DNA from: an uncultured Chloroflexia bacterium
Lineage (GTDB): Bacteria > Chloroflexota > Chloroflexia > Thermomicrobiales > UBA6265
Length of the DNA: 64,000 nt
Reading direction: 5' to 3'
Assembly (NCBI GenBank): GCA_963724295.1
Contig: CAVRUC010000005.1
Coordinates: 277,981-341,980 of the forward strand
In this document: positions 1 to 9,845 of the stretch, one piece after another
Layout: every line of letters begins with the position of its first letter
Position numbering within the stretch: position 1 is the first letter of the stretch
Made by a program: the position numbers and the translations under genes
The notes under the pieces: model-generated
Told to the model about the DNA's origin: nothing
Seen by the model: the letters and a program-made list of their open reading frames with translations, nothing else
The model's database searches: none

Positions 1-764
1 GGCGCGCCCTCAACAAGCTCTTGCAGGACGGCCGCATCCATCCCACCCGGATCGAGGAGATCGTGGCCAAGACGCGCACCGAGCTGGAGCAGGTGATGCG
101 GGAAGAGGGGGAGAAAATCGCCTACGAGGCGAATGTTCCGGGTCTGCACCCCGATCTGATCAAGCTCCTGGGGCGTCTCAAGTTCCGCACCTCCTACGGT
201 CAGAACGTGCTTGGCCATTCGCTGGAAACCTCGATGATTGCCGCCGCCCTCGCCGCCGAGCTTGGCGCCGACGTCAACGTGGCCAAGACCGCCGGTCTGC
301 TGCATGACATCGGCAAGGCGGTCGACCATGAAGTGGAGGGACCGCACGCTCTCATTGGCGCCGACATCGCCAAGCGACTGGGTCGCTCCTCCAAGATCGT
401 GCACGCCATCGCCGCCCATCATGGCGAGGAGGAGCCGCAGACCGTCGAGGCGTTCATCGTAGCGACGGCGGACGCCATCTCGGGCGCCCGGCCGGGCGCC
501 CGACGCGAGATGGTGGAGACGTACATCAAGCGCCTGGAAGCGCTCGAGGGCGTCGCCAATTCGTTCGACGGGGTCGAAAAGAGCTTCGCCATCCAGGCCG
601 GGCGGGAGGTCCGCATCCTGGTCGCACCCGATTCGATCGATGACCTGGCCGCGGCGCGGCTGGCGCGCGATGTTTCGAAGAAGATCGAGGAAAGCCTCGA
701 GTATCCGGGGCAGATCAAGGTGACGGTCATCCGCGAGACGCGAGCGGTCGACTACGCGCGATGA
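1..764 (+). CDS. rny: Ribonuclease Y, C-terminal part (5'-truncated by window)
   Basis: [17 protein letters not shown] motif [40 protein letters not shown]. Confidence 0.97.
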   Translation, partial: RALNKLLQDGRIHPTRIEEIVAKTRTELEQVMREEGEKIAYEANVPGLHPDLIKLLGRLKFRTSYGQNVLGHSLETSMIAAALAAELGADVNVAKTAGLLHDIGKAVDHEVEGPHALIGADIAKRLGRSSKIVHAIAAHHGEEEPQTVEAFIVATADAISGARPGARREMVETYIKRLEALEGVANSFDGVEKSFAIQAGREVRILVAPDSIDDLAAARLARDVSKKIEESLEYPGQIKVTVIRETRAVDYAR

Positions 765-931
765 TCTCGTTTACCGCCATGGTGGTTGACGGCCTGTTGA
801 GGAGACTGGCCACCGCGAGCGCGCGGTCTGTACTAGACTGACGCGCATCCGCGAGCGAGACGCGGGGTCGTGGCCGGCGACGTGCCGGCCTCATCTATGA
901 GCGGCACGACTGCACGCGCACGTGCAAGGTA

Positions 932-1564
932 TTGGTGTGGCGCGTCGAGCGCATCGACGGCCCGTACGTTCAAGTGCTCAGGGGGTTCTGCAACGTGGAT
1001 CGCTTCTTCTCCAAGCTCGACTTGCGTGATATCAAGATCGATCCGTTCAACGCGAGTTATCCACCGGACGCCGAAGAGGTCGTCGAGACGGGGACGGAGC
1101 AGAGTGTCGAGACAGAAGTCGCCGCGCCACCGCTCGGCGGCGCCCGCCAGCCGCACACGCCGGCCTGGGCTACCGCGACTGAGGTCGAGCCTGACGACGT
1201 CTACGAGGACGAGGACGAAGATACCCAGCCCTACGCCAACGGCGCGGCTGTCAATGGCGCGGTCACCGCAACAGACGGCGCGGCGCTCGTCGAGCACCGC
1301 AACGGCGACGTCCTGAAAGTTTCGGCTCGGTCGCGACCGAGCGCGGTCGCTGGGGCCATCGCCGGCGTCGTCCGCGAGAACGGCCGAGCCGAAGTGCAGG
1401 CGATCGGAGCCGGAGCCACCAACCAGGCTGTCAAGGCGGTCGCCATCGCCCGCGACTACCTGCGAGAGACCGGGATCGAAGCAGTCTGTCTGCCCGCCTT
1501 CATCGATGTGATCATCGAGAACGAGGACCGCACCGCGATCCGGCTCGTCGTGGAGCCAAGGTAA
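932..1564 (+). CDS. spoVS: SpoVS-family (Alba-like) protein with long N-terminal extension; start uncertain (frame open from 842)
   Basis: C-terminal VLKVSARSRPSAVAGAIAG...QAIGAGATNQAVKAVAIAR is the SpoVS signature; lies next to rny. Confidence 0.88.
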   Translation: MVWRVERIDGPYVQVLRGFCNVDRFFSKLDLRDIKIDPFNASYPPDAEEVVETGTEQSVETEVAAPPLGGARQPHTPAWATATEVEPDDVYEDEDEDTQPYANGAAVNGAVTATDGAALVEHRNGDVLKVSARSRPSAVAGAIAGVVRENGRAEVQAIGAGATNQAVKAVAIARDYLRETGIEAVCLPAFIDVIIENEDRTAIRLVVEPR

Positions 1565-1567
1565 GCG

Positions 1568-1645
1568 AGTCGAGGAGTCGAGGTGTCGAGCAGTCGAGAA
1601 GGACGAGTCTTCTCCTCGACTGCTCGACTTCACGACTCCTCGACT
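1568..1645. repeat. Hairpin of two inverted arrays of the 8-mer AGTCGAGG (about 4 units per arm)
   Basis: agtcgagg agtcgagg tgtcgagc agtcgaga ... ctcgactg ctcgactt cacgactc ctcgact. Confidence 0.9.
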
Positions 1646-2518
1646 GAAAAAGTCGATCTCCATACCCATAGCACCTACTCGGACGGTCTCCTTTCGCCAG
1701 CGATGCTGGTGGAGGAGGCCGCTTCGCGTGGCGTTCGCATCCTGGCACTGACCGATCACGATACCGTCGCCGGCATCGACGAGGCCCGCGTTGCCGGGGA
1801 GCGCCTCGGGATGGAGATCATTCCCGGTGTTGAGCTGAGCGCCGCTCTGCCGAGTGGAGGCGAAGTCCATCTGCTGGGCTATTTCGTCGATGTCGAAGAT
1901 CCGGTCTTGTTGGCGCAGCTCGCCGGTTACGCCCTTGCCCGCGCCGAACGGATGGAGCGTATGGTCGAACGACTGAGCCGGATCGGCGCGCCTGTCGCTC
2001 TGGAGCGCGTGCGGGAGATCGCCGGTCATGGCACGATGGGACGGCCGCATCTCGGCCGGGCGCTGGTCGAAGCCGGATATGCCGAGGACCTCTCGGACGC
2101 CTTCGCCCGTTACATCGGCGGTGGGAAACCGGCTTTCGTCCCTCGGCCGCGCGTCGATCCACGCGACGCGATCGCGATGGTGCGGGCCGCGGGCGGTGTG
2201 CCCGTGCTGGCGCATCCCTTCAGCGCTCGAGGCGTCGAGAGCGTTCTCGACAGCCTGGTACCCGCCGGTCTGGCCGGGATGGAGGTCGACTACGGCGAGT
2301 ACGACCCCGAGGACCGGGAGATCTTGCGCCAGATCGCGTCTCGGCGGGGGTTGATCGGCACTGGTGGCAGTGACTACCACGGGCCAGATGGACGGAGCGC
2401 TCGCGAGATCGGCTCGGCTCCGGTTTCCCTTGCCGCGGTGACAGCACTGCGGAGCGCCCGCCCTCCCCGTCCTCACTCATCCGGCCCACTGGGAGTGGGG
2501 GACGCCAAGCTCGAATGA
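1583..2518 (+). CDS. PHP-domain metal-dependent phosphoesterase (TrpH/YciV-like)
   Basis: DLHTHSTYSDG, LTDHDT, GVELS, HLLGY, GRPH, LAHP, GGSDYHG. Confidence 0.93.
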   Translation: MSSSREGRVFSSTARLHDSSTEKVDLHTHSTYSDGLLSPAMLVEEAASRGVRILALTDHDTVAGIDEARVAGERLGMEIIPGVELSAALPSGGEVHLLGYFVDVEDPVLLAQLAGYALARAERMERMVERLSRIGAPVALERVREIAGHGTMGRPHLGRALVEAGYAEDLSDAFARYIGGGKPAFVPRPRVDPRDAIAMVRAAGGVPVLAHPFSARGVESVLDSLVPAGLAGMEVDYGEYDPEDREILRQIASRRGLIGTGGSDYHGPDGRSAREIGSAPVSLAAVTALRSARPPRPHSSGPLGVGDAKLE

Positions 2519-3725
2519 CACCGCTTCCCGCGCCGGAACGGGTGGCCGCGGTGGTGGTAGCCGCGGGACGAGGCCAGCGCCTTGGTGCGCCGCATAAGGT
2601 GGTTCTCCCCCTGGCCGGGCGGCCGATGCTGGCCTGGTCGCTTCGCGCGCTGGAGCAGGCCGAGACCATCGGTCCGATCGTGGTCGTCGCCGGGCCGAAC
2701 ATACCCTGGATGCCGTTGCTCAGATCGTCCGCGACGAAGGCTTCACCAGGGTCCACGCTATCGTGGCCGGTGGCGAGCGGCGGCAGGACTCCGTCGGCGC
2801 GGGACTGGCGGCGCTGCCGGACGCAATCGAGATCGTGGTCATCCACGACGGCGCGCGACCGCTGGCCGAGCCGGCGCTATTCGATCGCTGTGCGGCCGCG
2901 GCCGCGGAGAGTGGGGCCGCGATCGCGGCGACTCCTGTCTCCGACACCCTGAAACGGGTGACGAAAGGCGCCATTGAGGAAACAGTCGATCGCGCCGGGC
3001 TGTGGGCCGCGCAGACACCGCAGGCATTCCGCCTGGAATCGTTGCGCAGGGTCATGGCTGGCGGTTCCGGTGAGACCTTTACCGACGAGGCGCGACTGTT
3101 TGAGGTCTCCGGTTTGCCGGTGACGGTTGTTCCCTCCTCGCCGGCGAATCTGAAAGTGACGCATGCGGAGGATATTCCTGTCGCCGAAGCCCTGCTTCGA
3201 GCTCGTCACGGTCCGCAGCTGACCGCGGGACTGGTACGGACCGGCATCGGCTACGACGCTCATCGCTTTGCATCTGGACGTCGGCTCATCCTCGGCGGTG
3301 TGGAGATTGCGCACGATCGAGGGTTGGTCGGCCATTCAGACGCCGACGTCCTCCTCCACGCCATCGCCGACGCGGTTCTCGGCGCGGCCGCGCTGGGGGA
3401 CATCGGCCAGCACTTTCCGCCCTCCGACGAGCGCTTCCGTGACGCCGATAGCCAGCTTCTGCTCCGCGAGGCCGTCCGTCTGGCTCGGGAGGCGGGCTGG
3501 GCGCCGGGGAATGTCGACGCCACCGTCCTCGCTGAAGCGCCACGCGTGGCGCCGCATGTGCCGCTGATGCGGGAGCGGATTGCTGCCTGTCTTGGCCTCT
3601 CAGAAGTAGCGGTGAGTGTGAAAGCGACGACGAACGAGGGGATGGGGTCCATTGGCCGTGGCGAGGGGATCACTGCCCTGGCGACTGCTACGCTGGTCCC
3701 GATTCTCACCGCCCCGGGCCCCTAG
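2515..3725 (+). CDS. ispDF: Bifunctional IspD/IspF; frameshift near 2700-2760
   Basis: [10 protein letters not shown] in first frame; [23 protein letters not shown], then Isp[34 protein letters not shown]. Confidence 0.92.
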
Positions 3726-3728
3726 GCG

Positions 3729-4190
3729 ATGCGCGTTCTGGTGCAGCGGGTATCCCGTGCTCGGGTGACCGTCGCCGGCGAGACCACCGGGGAGATCGGG
3801 CGGGGATTCCTCCTCTTGGTCGGCGTCACCTTCGACGACACCGCCGCGGTCGCGGACCTCCTGGCGCGCAAAGTCGCGAACCTTCGTGTCTTCGACGATG
3901 CCGACGGCCACCTCAATCGCTCGGCGCTCGATCTGCTGCAGGCGGAAGAGCCGATCGAAATGCTCGTCGTTTCGCAGTTCACCCTCTACGCCGATTGCCG
4001 CAAAGGACGCCGCCCCAGTTTCGTGCGGGCCGCGCCGCCCGCGGTCGCCGAGCCACTGGTGGATCGTTTCGCGCACGGATTCCGAACGCTCGGTCTCCCT
4101 GTAGAGACCGGCCGCTTCGGCGCCGAGATGCAGGTCGAGCTGGTCAACGACGGCCCGGTGACGATCTGGCTGGATACGGCCGAGCTGTGA
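3729..4190 (+). CDS. dtd: D-aminoacyl-tRNA deacylase
   Basis: [25 protein letters not shown]. Confidence 0.97.
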   Translation: MRVLVQRVSRARVTVAGETTGEIGRGFLLLVGVTFDDTAAVADLLARKVANLRVFDDADGHLNRSALDLLQAEEPIEMLVVSQFTLYADCRKGRRPSFVRAAPPAVAEPLVDRFAHGFRTLGLPVETGRFGAEMQVELVNDGPVTIWLDTAEL

Positions 4191-4273
4191 GCCGGCAGAT
4201 GAAATGGTTGCCATAGGACACGTTCTCTCGATAATGCACCGGGCGCGTCTCGCGCTCGCTACCAGAGAGAGGG

Positions 4274-5224
4274 GTGTCCGTGGGCGCGCAACCCGAATCG
4301 ACAAACCGCCGGCCGCTAAAAGTCGGCCTGATTCTTCCCGAGACGGAGCGCCAGATGAACGGCGGCTCCGCGCGCTGGAGCGACCTGCGCGAGATGGCCC
4401 AGCTCGGCGAGCAGATCGGGGCTGACTCCCTCTGGATCACCGACCATCTCATCCACCGCGTCCCGGGTGAAGAACCGCGTGGCATGTGGGAGTGCTGGTC
4501 GCTGATCTCGGCGCTGGCCGCGATCACCGAAAAGCCGGAGATCGGCACCCTGGTCATGTCCACCTCGTTTCGCAACCCGGCGTTGCTGGCCAAGATGGCC
4601 GACACCGTCGAGGAGATCAGCGGTGGCCGCCTCATCCTCGGGCTGGGCGCCGGGTGGAATGAGGCGGAATACATCGCCTTCGGTTATCCCTTCGACAACC
4701 GCGTCAGTCGCTTCGAGGAGGCGGTGACGATCATCACCGGGCTGTTGCGGCAGGGGCACGTCGATTTCGACGGAAGGTTCTACCAGGCCCGCGACTGCGA
4801 GCTGCGCCCGCGCGGCCCGCGTGCGACTGGTCCAACCATCATCTTTGGCGCATCTTCGGCTGGTCCGCGCATGCTCGACCTCACCGCTCGCCACGCCGAC
4901 GGTTGGAACACCTGGTTCAGCAGCACGGGAAACAGGGTCGAAGGGCTCTTGCCGTTGTTAGAGAAGGTCGACACCGCCTGCGAGGCCGCCGGACGCGACC
5001 CATCGACCCTGGAGCGCAGCGCCGCGGTGATCGTCGAGGTCGGTCCGCACGAGCCGTCCGCGATGACCGGCCCGCCACTGACCGGCAGCCCGGCTGAGAT
5101 CGCCGCCGCCTTACGTGCTCACGCCGAAGCCGGCCTGTCCCACGTCCAGGTCTGGTTGGAGCCGAACACGCCCGCCGGTATCGAGGCATTTGCTCCCGTG
5201 CTGGAGGAGTTGGATCGAGGGTAA
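4274..5224 (+). CDS. LLM-class flavin-dependent oxidoreductase
   Basis: WITDH, FRNPALLAKMA.TVEEISGGRLILGLGAGW. Confidence 0.92.
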   Translation: MSVGAQPESTNRRPLKVGLILPETERQMNGGSARWSDLREMAQLGEQIGADSLWITDHLIHRVPGEEPRGMWECWSLISALAAITEKPEIGTLVMSTSFRNPALLAKMADTVEEISGGRLILGLGAGWNEAEYIAFGYPFDNRVSRFEEAVTIITGLLRQGHVDFDGRFYQARDCELRPRGPRATGPTIIFGASSAGPRMLDLTARHADGWNTWFSSTGNRVEGLLPLLEKVDTACEAAGRDPSTLERSAAVIVEVGPHEPSAMTGPPLTGSPAEIAAALRAHAEAGLSHVQVWLEPNTPAGIEAFAPVLEELDRG

Positions 5225-5227
5225 CGA

Positions 5228-5360
5228 GGTATCGGCTATTGGCAATTGACTTCTGGCTGTCGGTTTGGGTTCATCCTTGCCGTCTAGCCGTCTAGCCGTC
5301 TGGCCGTCCAGTCGATTTGGGTCCATTCTTGCCGTCTAGCCGTCTCGGCGTCTGGCCGTC
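5228..5360. repeat. Degenerate 7-mer array (GCTATTG-like) followed by two GCCGTCTA 8-mer arrays
   Basis: ggtatcg gctattg gcaattg acttctg gctgtcg; gccgtcta gccgtcta gccgtctg gccgtcca. Confidence 0.85.
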
Positions 5361-5612
5361 CGTCGTCCCGAGCGGTATCAGGTCAGGGTTCTTGTCCAGA
5401 CTGGTCAGGACTTCCTGAGGAGTCGGCGTGGCCTCCTGTACTGCTGGCGTCGCCTCCTGAGCGAATGTCGACTCCCGCAAGATGGAGGCGATGACCGGCG
5501 CAGAGAAGCCCGCAGCGGCCAACCGGCCAATGAGACGGCGGCGAGATAGGGCGCGGTTGAACGCCTCAGCGGGACGAATGACAACGGTCATCAGAATCAC
5601 ACCTTCCTGCAA
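5292..5612 (-). pseudogene. N-terminal fragment of a Tat-exported protein, truncated at the 8-mer array
   Basis: SRRRLI twin-Arg signal and QEATP linkers; sequence turns into repeat-encoded DGQTPRRLDG after LIPLGTT. Confidence 0.6.
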
Positions 5613-6007
5613 TGGGAGAATTCCAGGAGCTGAAATCTGCTATCGCCATCGCGCAGGATCCATGCCAGTTGAAGGCTGATCACCCGATGAGTAGTAGGTC
5701 GTCATTATTTTTGCGAATCTTGATTAACTAAATGATATAAATGTTAAGATTTTGACAGGGTGGCACGTATTCTCCTAGATCCCGCGCGAGAGGATGGGAT
5801 AGCCGTTCAGTGATGTCGGTGAGTGGTTACAAAGGAAAATGCCCAAGCACCCCAGAGCCGCGTATCGGTTGTGACGACAACTAGCCGACTCCTCAGCTCC
5901 CCGCGTATCATTGCATCTGGCCCGCGGGAGTGTCCGTACACGTCCCTGGCTGCCGCGTTCCCGTGCTGCGGCCGCAATGCATCGCGTTTGGGAAGGTTCG
6001 TCGTCGC

Positions 6008-6733
6008 ATGAAGATCGTCCTCCGCCAGGATGTGCCGAAGCTCGGCGAGGCTGGCACGATTCAGGAAGTGAAACCCGGTTTCGCCCGGAACTACCTCATC
6101 CCGCAGGGGATGGCGGTGCTCGCCACCGCCGGCGAGATCAAGACCGCCGAGCACAATGCCGCGGTGAAAGCCCGCAAGATCGCCAAGCAGGAAGCGCAGC
6201 TTCAAACTCTGGCGGACAAGATCGCCGGCAAGCGCCTGGAGTTCACCACCCGCGCCGGCGAAGGCGGTCGCCTCTACGGCTCCATCACGGCAGGTGACAT
6301 CGCCGACGAGCTGGCGAAGCTCGTGGGCGAAGAGATCGATCGCCGCAAGGTGGTGCTCGAGGACCCGATTCGCCACCTTGGTGAGCACGCCGTGACGGTC
6401 CACCTCGTCGGCCGCCTGCGACCGGCAATCACGGTCGTGGTCGTCGGCGATGCCGAATACCAGGCTGCCCGTGCCGCCGCCGAGGCGGCCAAGGCAGAGG
6501 AAGCCCCCGCCGAGACACCAGGCGCCGCGGGTCATCCTGAGCCCGGCTCGGAGCACGACGACAGCAAGACCGAGACGGTCGACGAGGGCCCGCCGCACGA
6601 GTGGGTCGACGAAAAGGGCGTTCCCGGAGCCCATGGTTTCATCGACAATGAAGGCGGCGCCGCCACCCTGACCGAAGAGAGCGGAAAGGGTGTCGAGGTC
6701 GAAGAGGAGCTCAACCCGGTCGCAGAGTCGTAG
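6008..6733 (+). CDS. rplI: 50S ribosomal protein L9 with acidic C-terminal extension
   Basis: MKIVLRQDV..LG..G....VKPGFARNYLIP, GRLYGSIT. Confidence 0.95.
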   Translation: MKIVLRQDVPKLGEAGTIQEVKPGFARNYLIPQGMAVLATAGEIKTAEHNAAVKARKIAKQEAQLQTLADKIAGKRLEFTTRAGEGGRLYGSITAGDIADELAKLVGEEIDRRKVVLEDPIRHLGEHAVTVHLVGRLRPAITVVVVGDAEYQAARAAAEAAKAEEAPAETPGAAGHPEPGSEHDDSKTETVDEGPPHEWVDEKGVPGAHGFIDNEGGAATLTEESGKGVEVEEELNPVAES

Positions 6734-6874
6734 ACTGGGTTTCACGCCGTCGCGTCCGGAGTTGGCCGGACGCGACGGCAACAGACGCGGCCCGGCCGCG
6801 TCCCGCTTGGTCCGCCGCCCCGCCGGACTCCCCGCCATCGTATTGGGGGAGCCGTCGCAAGGGCGAGGGGAGCC

Positions 6875-8227
6875 ATGGTCGCCGCTGTACCAAGCATCAT
6901 CGAGCGATTGCCGCCGCACAATGTGGAGGCGGAGCAATCAGTGCTCGGCAGTCTCCTCATCGACCGGGACGCCATCATCCGGGTGGCGGCCTTCCTGCGT
7001 CCGGAAGACTTCTACGCCGTCGCCAACGGTCTCATCTATCGCGCGATTCTCGATCTCTATAACAAGCGCGAGCCGACAGACTTCGTCACCCTGTCTGACG
7101 AGCTGCAGCGGCGTGGCCAATACGACCAGGCGGGCGGGCTCTCGTATCTTTCCAGCCTGCTCAATGCCGTTCCCACCGCTGTTCACGTCGAGTACTACGC
7201 CCGCATCGTCGAGCGCGCGGCGACACTGCGCCGTCTCATCGATGCCGGTACCGAGATCGTCGACGTCGGTTTCCGCGAGGGGATCGACACCGAGGACGCG
7301 CTCGATGCCGCCGAGCGTGCCGTATTTGCCGTCTCGCAACGGCGGCAGAGCAAAGACTTCGTCTCCATGGGAGACGTGCTCGACCGTTTCTTCGACCAGA
7401 TCGACTATCTGCAGCAGCACCGCGGCGAGGTCGTCGGCGTGGCGACCGGGTTCTCGGATCTCGACCAGCTCACCGGCGGGCTCCAGCGCTCGGACCTCAT
7501 CATCGTCGCCGCTCGTCCCTCAATGGGCAAGACGAGCCTGGCGCTCGGCATGGCCTACGGCGCCGCGGTCGGCCATGGCAAGACGGTTGGCATCTTCAGC
7601 CTGGAGATGTCAGCCGAGCAGCTCGTGCAGCGTGTCCTCTCCATGGAGACCGGGGTCGATACGCACCGGCTGCGGCTGGGGCAGATCGACGACAACGAGT
7701 GGGACCGTATCTCCCGCGCGTTCGGCCGCCTGAGTGAGGCTCCGATCTACATCGACGACGCGTCGACCTCCAACATCATGGACGTCCGCTCCAAGGCCCG
7801 CCGCTTGCAGGCTGAGCACGGTCTCGATCTGATCATCATCGATTACTTGCAGCTGATGACCGCCCGCCGCACCGAGAACCGCGTGCAGGAGATCTCGGAG
7901 ATCTCGCGAGGATTGAAGGGACTGGCGCGCGAGCTGAACGTGCCGGTCGTTGCGCTGTCGCAGCTCTCGCGCGCGGTGGAGAGCCGCGCCGATCACCGGC
8001 CGATGCTCTCGGATTTGAGAGAGTCGGGCTCAATCGAGCAGGACGCGGACATCGTCGTCTTCATCTACCGGGAAGATAAATACGAGGAAGACTCAGAGAA
8101 GAAGGGCATCGCCGAGATCATGGTCGCCAAGCATCGCAACGGCCCTGTCGGCTCGATCAATCTCCGCTTCTTCGATCGCACGGCCCGTTTCGCCGATCTG
8201 GAGCTTTACCCCGGACCGGGGATGTAG
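6875..8227 (+). CDS. dnaB: Replicative DNA helicase
   Basis: PPHNVEAEQSVLG, ARPSMGKT, IDYLQLM, LSQLSR, SDLRESGSIEQDAD. Confidence 0.98.
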   Translation: MVAAVPSIIERLPPHNVEAEQSVLGSLLIDRDAIIRVAAFLRPEDFYAVANGLIYRAILDLYNKREPTDFVTLSDELQRRGQYDQAGGLSYLSSLLNAVPTAVHVEYYARIVERAATLRRLIDAGTEIVDVGFREGIDTEDALDAAERAVFAVSQRRQSKDFVSMGDVLDRFFDQIDYLQQHRGEVVGVATGFSDLDQLTGGLQRSDLIIVAARPSMGKTSLALGMAYGAAVGHGKTVGIFSLEMSAEQLVQRVLSMETGVDTHRLRLGQIDDNEWDRISRAFGRLSEAPIYIDDASTSNIMDVRSKARRLQAEHGLDLIIIDYLQLMTARRTENRVQEISEISRGLKGLARELNVPVVALSQLSRAVESRADHRPMLSDLRESGSIEQDADIVVFIYREDKYEEDSEKKGIAEIMVAKHRNGPVGSINLRFFDRTARFADLELYPGPGM

Positions 8228-8276
8228 CGTGAGTCCGATGTCCGGATTTCGTCCCGAAGTTGGGCTCAGTTCCGGA

Positions 8277-8304
8277 GTCATTCCGAGGAACGAGGAATCT
8301 CGTC
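8277..8304. repeat. Half copy of the GTCATTCCGAG...GAATCTCG palindromic REP-like element
   Basis: gtcattccgaggaacgaggaatctcgtc; full copies at 38212 and 49721. Confidence 0.65.
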
Positions 8305-8317
8305 CGTCCGCGCCCGG

Positions 8318-8995
8318 ATGGGGTCGACCGTGACTCGACAGTTCAACGGATTCCTGGTCCAGACTGAACCCGCGGTCGGCATTCCACGCGCCTTCTTTAC
8401 CGATGTCTTGCCCCAGATCTCCGAGCTGAGCGAAGCGCAGGCGACCCTGGCGGTCTTCCGGCTCGCTTCCGAAGCGGGCGGCATCGAATCGCCGGTCTCC
8501 GAGATCGCTCTTCGCGCCGATCGGCCGCTGCGCACCGCCTTGCGTGCCAACGGCAGCCCACGCGAACCGGACCAGCGGATCGCCACCGGGCTTGACCTGG
8601 CCACCGGTCGCGGCACGTTACTCCGCTTCGTGGCCGAACGCGATGATGGCCGCGACGTCTGGTACTATGTCAACACCCCCGTCAACCAGGCGCTGGTCGC
8701 CGCCATGGCGCGGGGTGCCGTCGCTCCCCCGCGAGCACTCTGGCGAGAGGGACAGCTGCCGGCGGTGATCCCGGAGCGGCCCAATGTCTTCCGCCTCTAC
8801 GAGCAGAACGTCGGGCCGCTGACGCCACTTATCGCCGATCATCTCGTGCGAGCGCTGGAAACGTGGCCGGTCGAGTGGATCGAAGATGCGGTTGCGGAGT
8901 CGGTCGCCTATAACAAGCGCTCCTGGCGCTACATCCAGCGCATTCTGGAAGGCTGGCAGACCGGGGGACGGGAACCGCGCGAGCGGTACGGTTAG
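8318..8995 (+). CDS. DnaD-domain replication protein
   Basis: C-terminal NVFRLYEQNVGPLTP...WIEDAV.ESV.YNKRSWRYIQRILEGW is DnaD-like; between dnaB and the loader ATPase. Confidence 0.85.
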   Translation: MGSTVTRQFNGFLVQTEPAVGIPRAFFTDVLPQISELSEAQATLAVFRLASEAGGIESPVSEIALRADRPLRTALRANGSPREPDQRIATGLDLATGRGTLLRFVAERDDGRDVWYYVNTPVNQALVAAMARGAVAPPRALWREGQLPAVIPERPNVFRLYEQNVGPLTPLIADHLVRALETWPVEWIEDAVAESVAYNKRSWRYIQRILEGWQTGGREPRERYG

Positions 8996-9016
8996 CGCGG
9001 GGCAGCGGGAAACACC

Positions 9017-9811
9017 ATGAAACGCATCGGCGACGTCCTCACTTCCCTTTCGATCCCGGTCGGTCCAGCCGGCAGCAATGGCTCGGCGACCGCGACGCCA
9101 ACATGGCGCTGTCCGGTCTGCAAGGACGCGGGCTGGGTGCGCATGGAGGTCCCCGTTGGGCACCCAAATTTCGGCCGCCTGATCCACTGCGAATGCCGGT
9201 TCTCCGAGCAGGCGGAGCGAGAGCGCGAGACGTTGCGCCGTCTCTCGAATCTCGACGGATTCACGCGCCATACGTTCGAAGACTTCGAGCCGGTGCCGGG
9301 AACAGAAGAGGCATTTGACGTCGCGCGTGCGTTTGCCCGCGACCCGGATCCCGAGCATCGCTGGCTCTATCTGCGGGGCGGCGTCGGCGTCGGCAAGACC
9401 CACCTGGCGGTCGCCACGGCACTGGAGATTAGGGAACGCAACGGGAGTGTCTACTTTGCCGTCGTGCCCGATCTCCTCGACCACCTGCGCGCCACCTTCG
9501 ACCCGGCGCGGGGCGTCGCCTACGACGACCGCTTCAACCAGATCCGTGGCGCTCCCCTCCTCGTCCTGGACGACCTGGGGACCGAGAACACCACGCCCTG
9601 GGCACGGGAAAAGCTCTATCAGATCATCAACCACCGCTATGTCGAGCGGTTGCTGACGATCGTGACCTCCAACCAGAGCCACGACAAGATCGACGAGCGG
9701 ATCCTCTCGCGCCTCCTCGACACCCACCTCACGCGCGACATCTTCATCGACGCCGCGGATTACCGGCGGCGGGAGCGGTCCGACTACACAAGGGGTCGTC
9801 GCTCGCGCTGA
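9017..9811 (+). CDS. DnaC/DnaI/IstB-like AAA+ helicase loader with Zn motif
   Basis: CPVC...CEC, Walker A GGVGVGKT, LLVLDDLG, TSN, RILSRL. Confidence 0.88.
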   Translation: MKRIGDVLTSLSIPVGPAGSNGSATATPTWRCPVCKDAGWVRMEVPVGHPNFGRLIHCECRFSEQAERERETLRRLSNLDGFTRHTFEDFEPVPGTEEAFDVARAFARDPDPEHRWLYLRGGVGVGKTHLAVATALEIRERNGSVYFAVVPDLLDHLRATFDPARGVAYDDRFNQIRGAPLLVLDDLGTENTTPWAREKLYQIINHRYVERLLTIVTSNQSHDKIDERILSRLLDTHLTRDIFIDAADYRRRERSDYTRGRRSR

Positions 9812-9845
9812 GCTTTGCGCCGTTCGTCACGATCGAGACAGGGGC

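Noticed and set aside
932..1564. Sporulation locus
   Set aside because: SpoVS occurs widely in non-sporulating bacteria and no other spo genes are present.
833..2476. Long antisense ORFs (also 45472-47352, 60367-62112, 51299-52480)
   Set aside because: Shadow frames of real genes in high-GC DNA, with no recognisable motifs.
9017..9811. IS21 element (IstB-like ATPase)
   Set aside because: No IstA transposase or terminal repeats; context dnaB-dnaD indicates a helicase loader.
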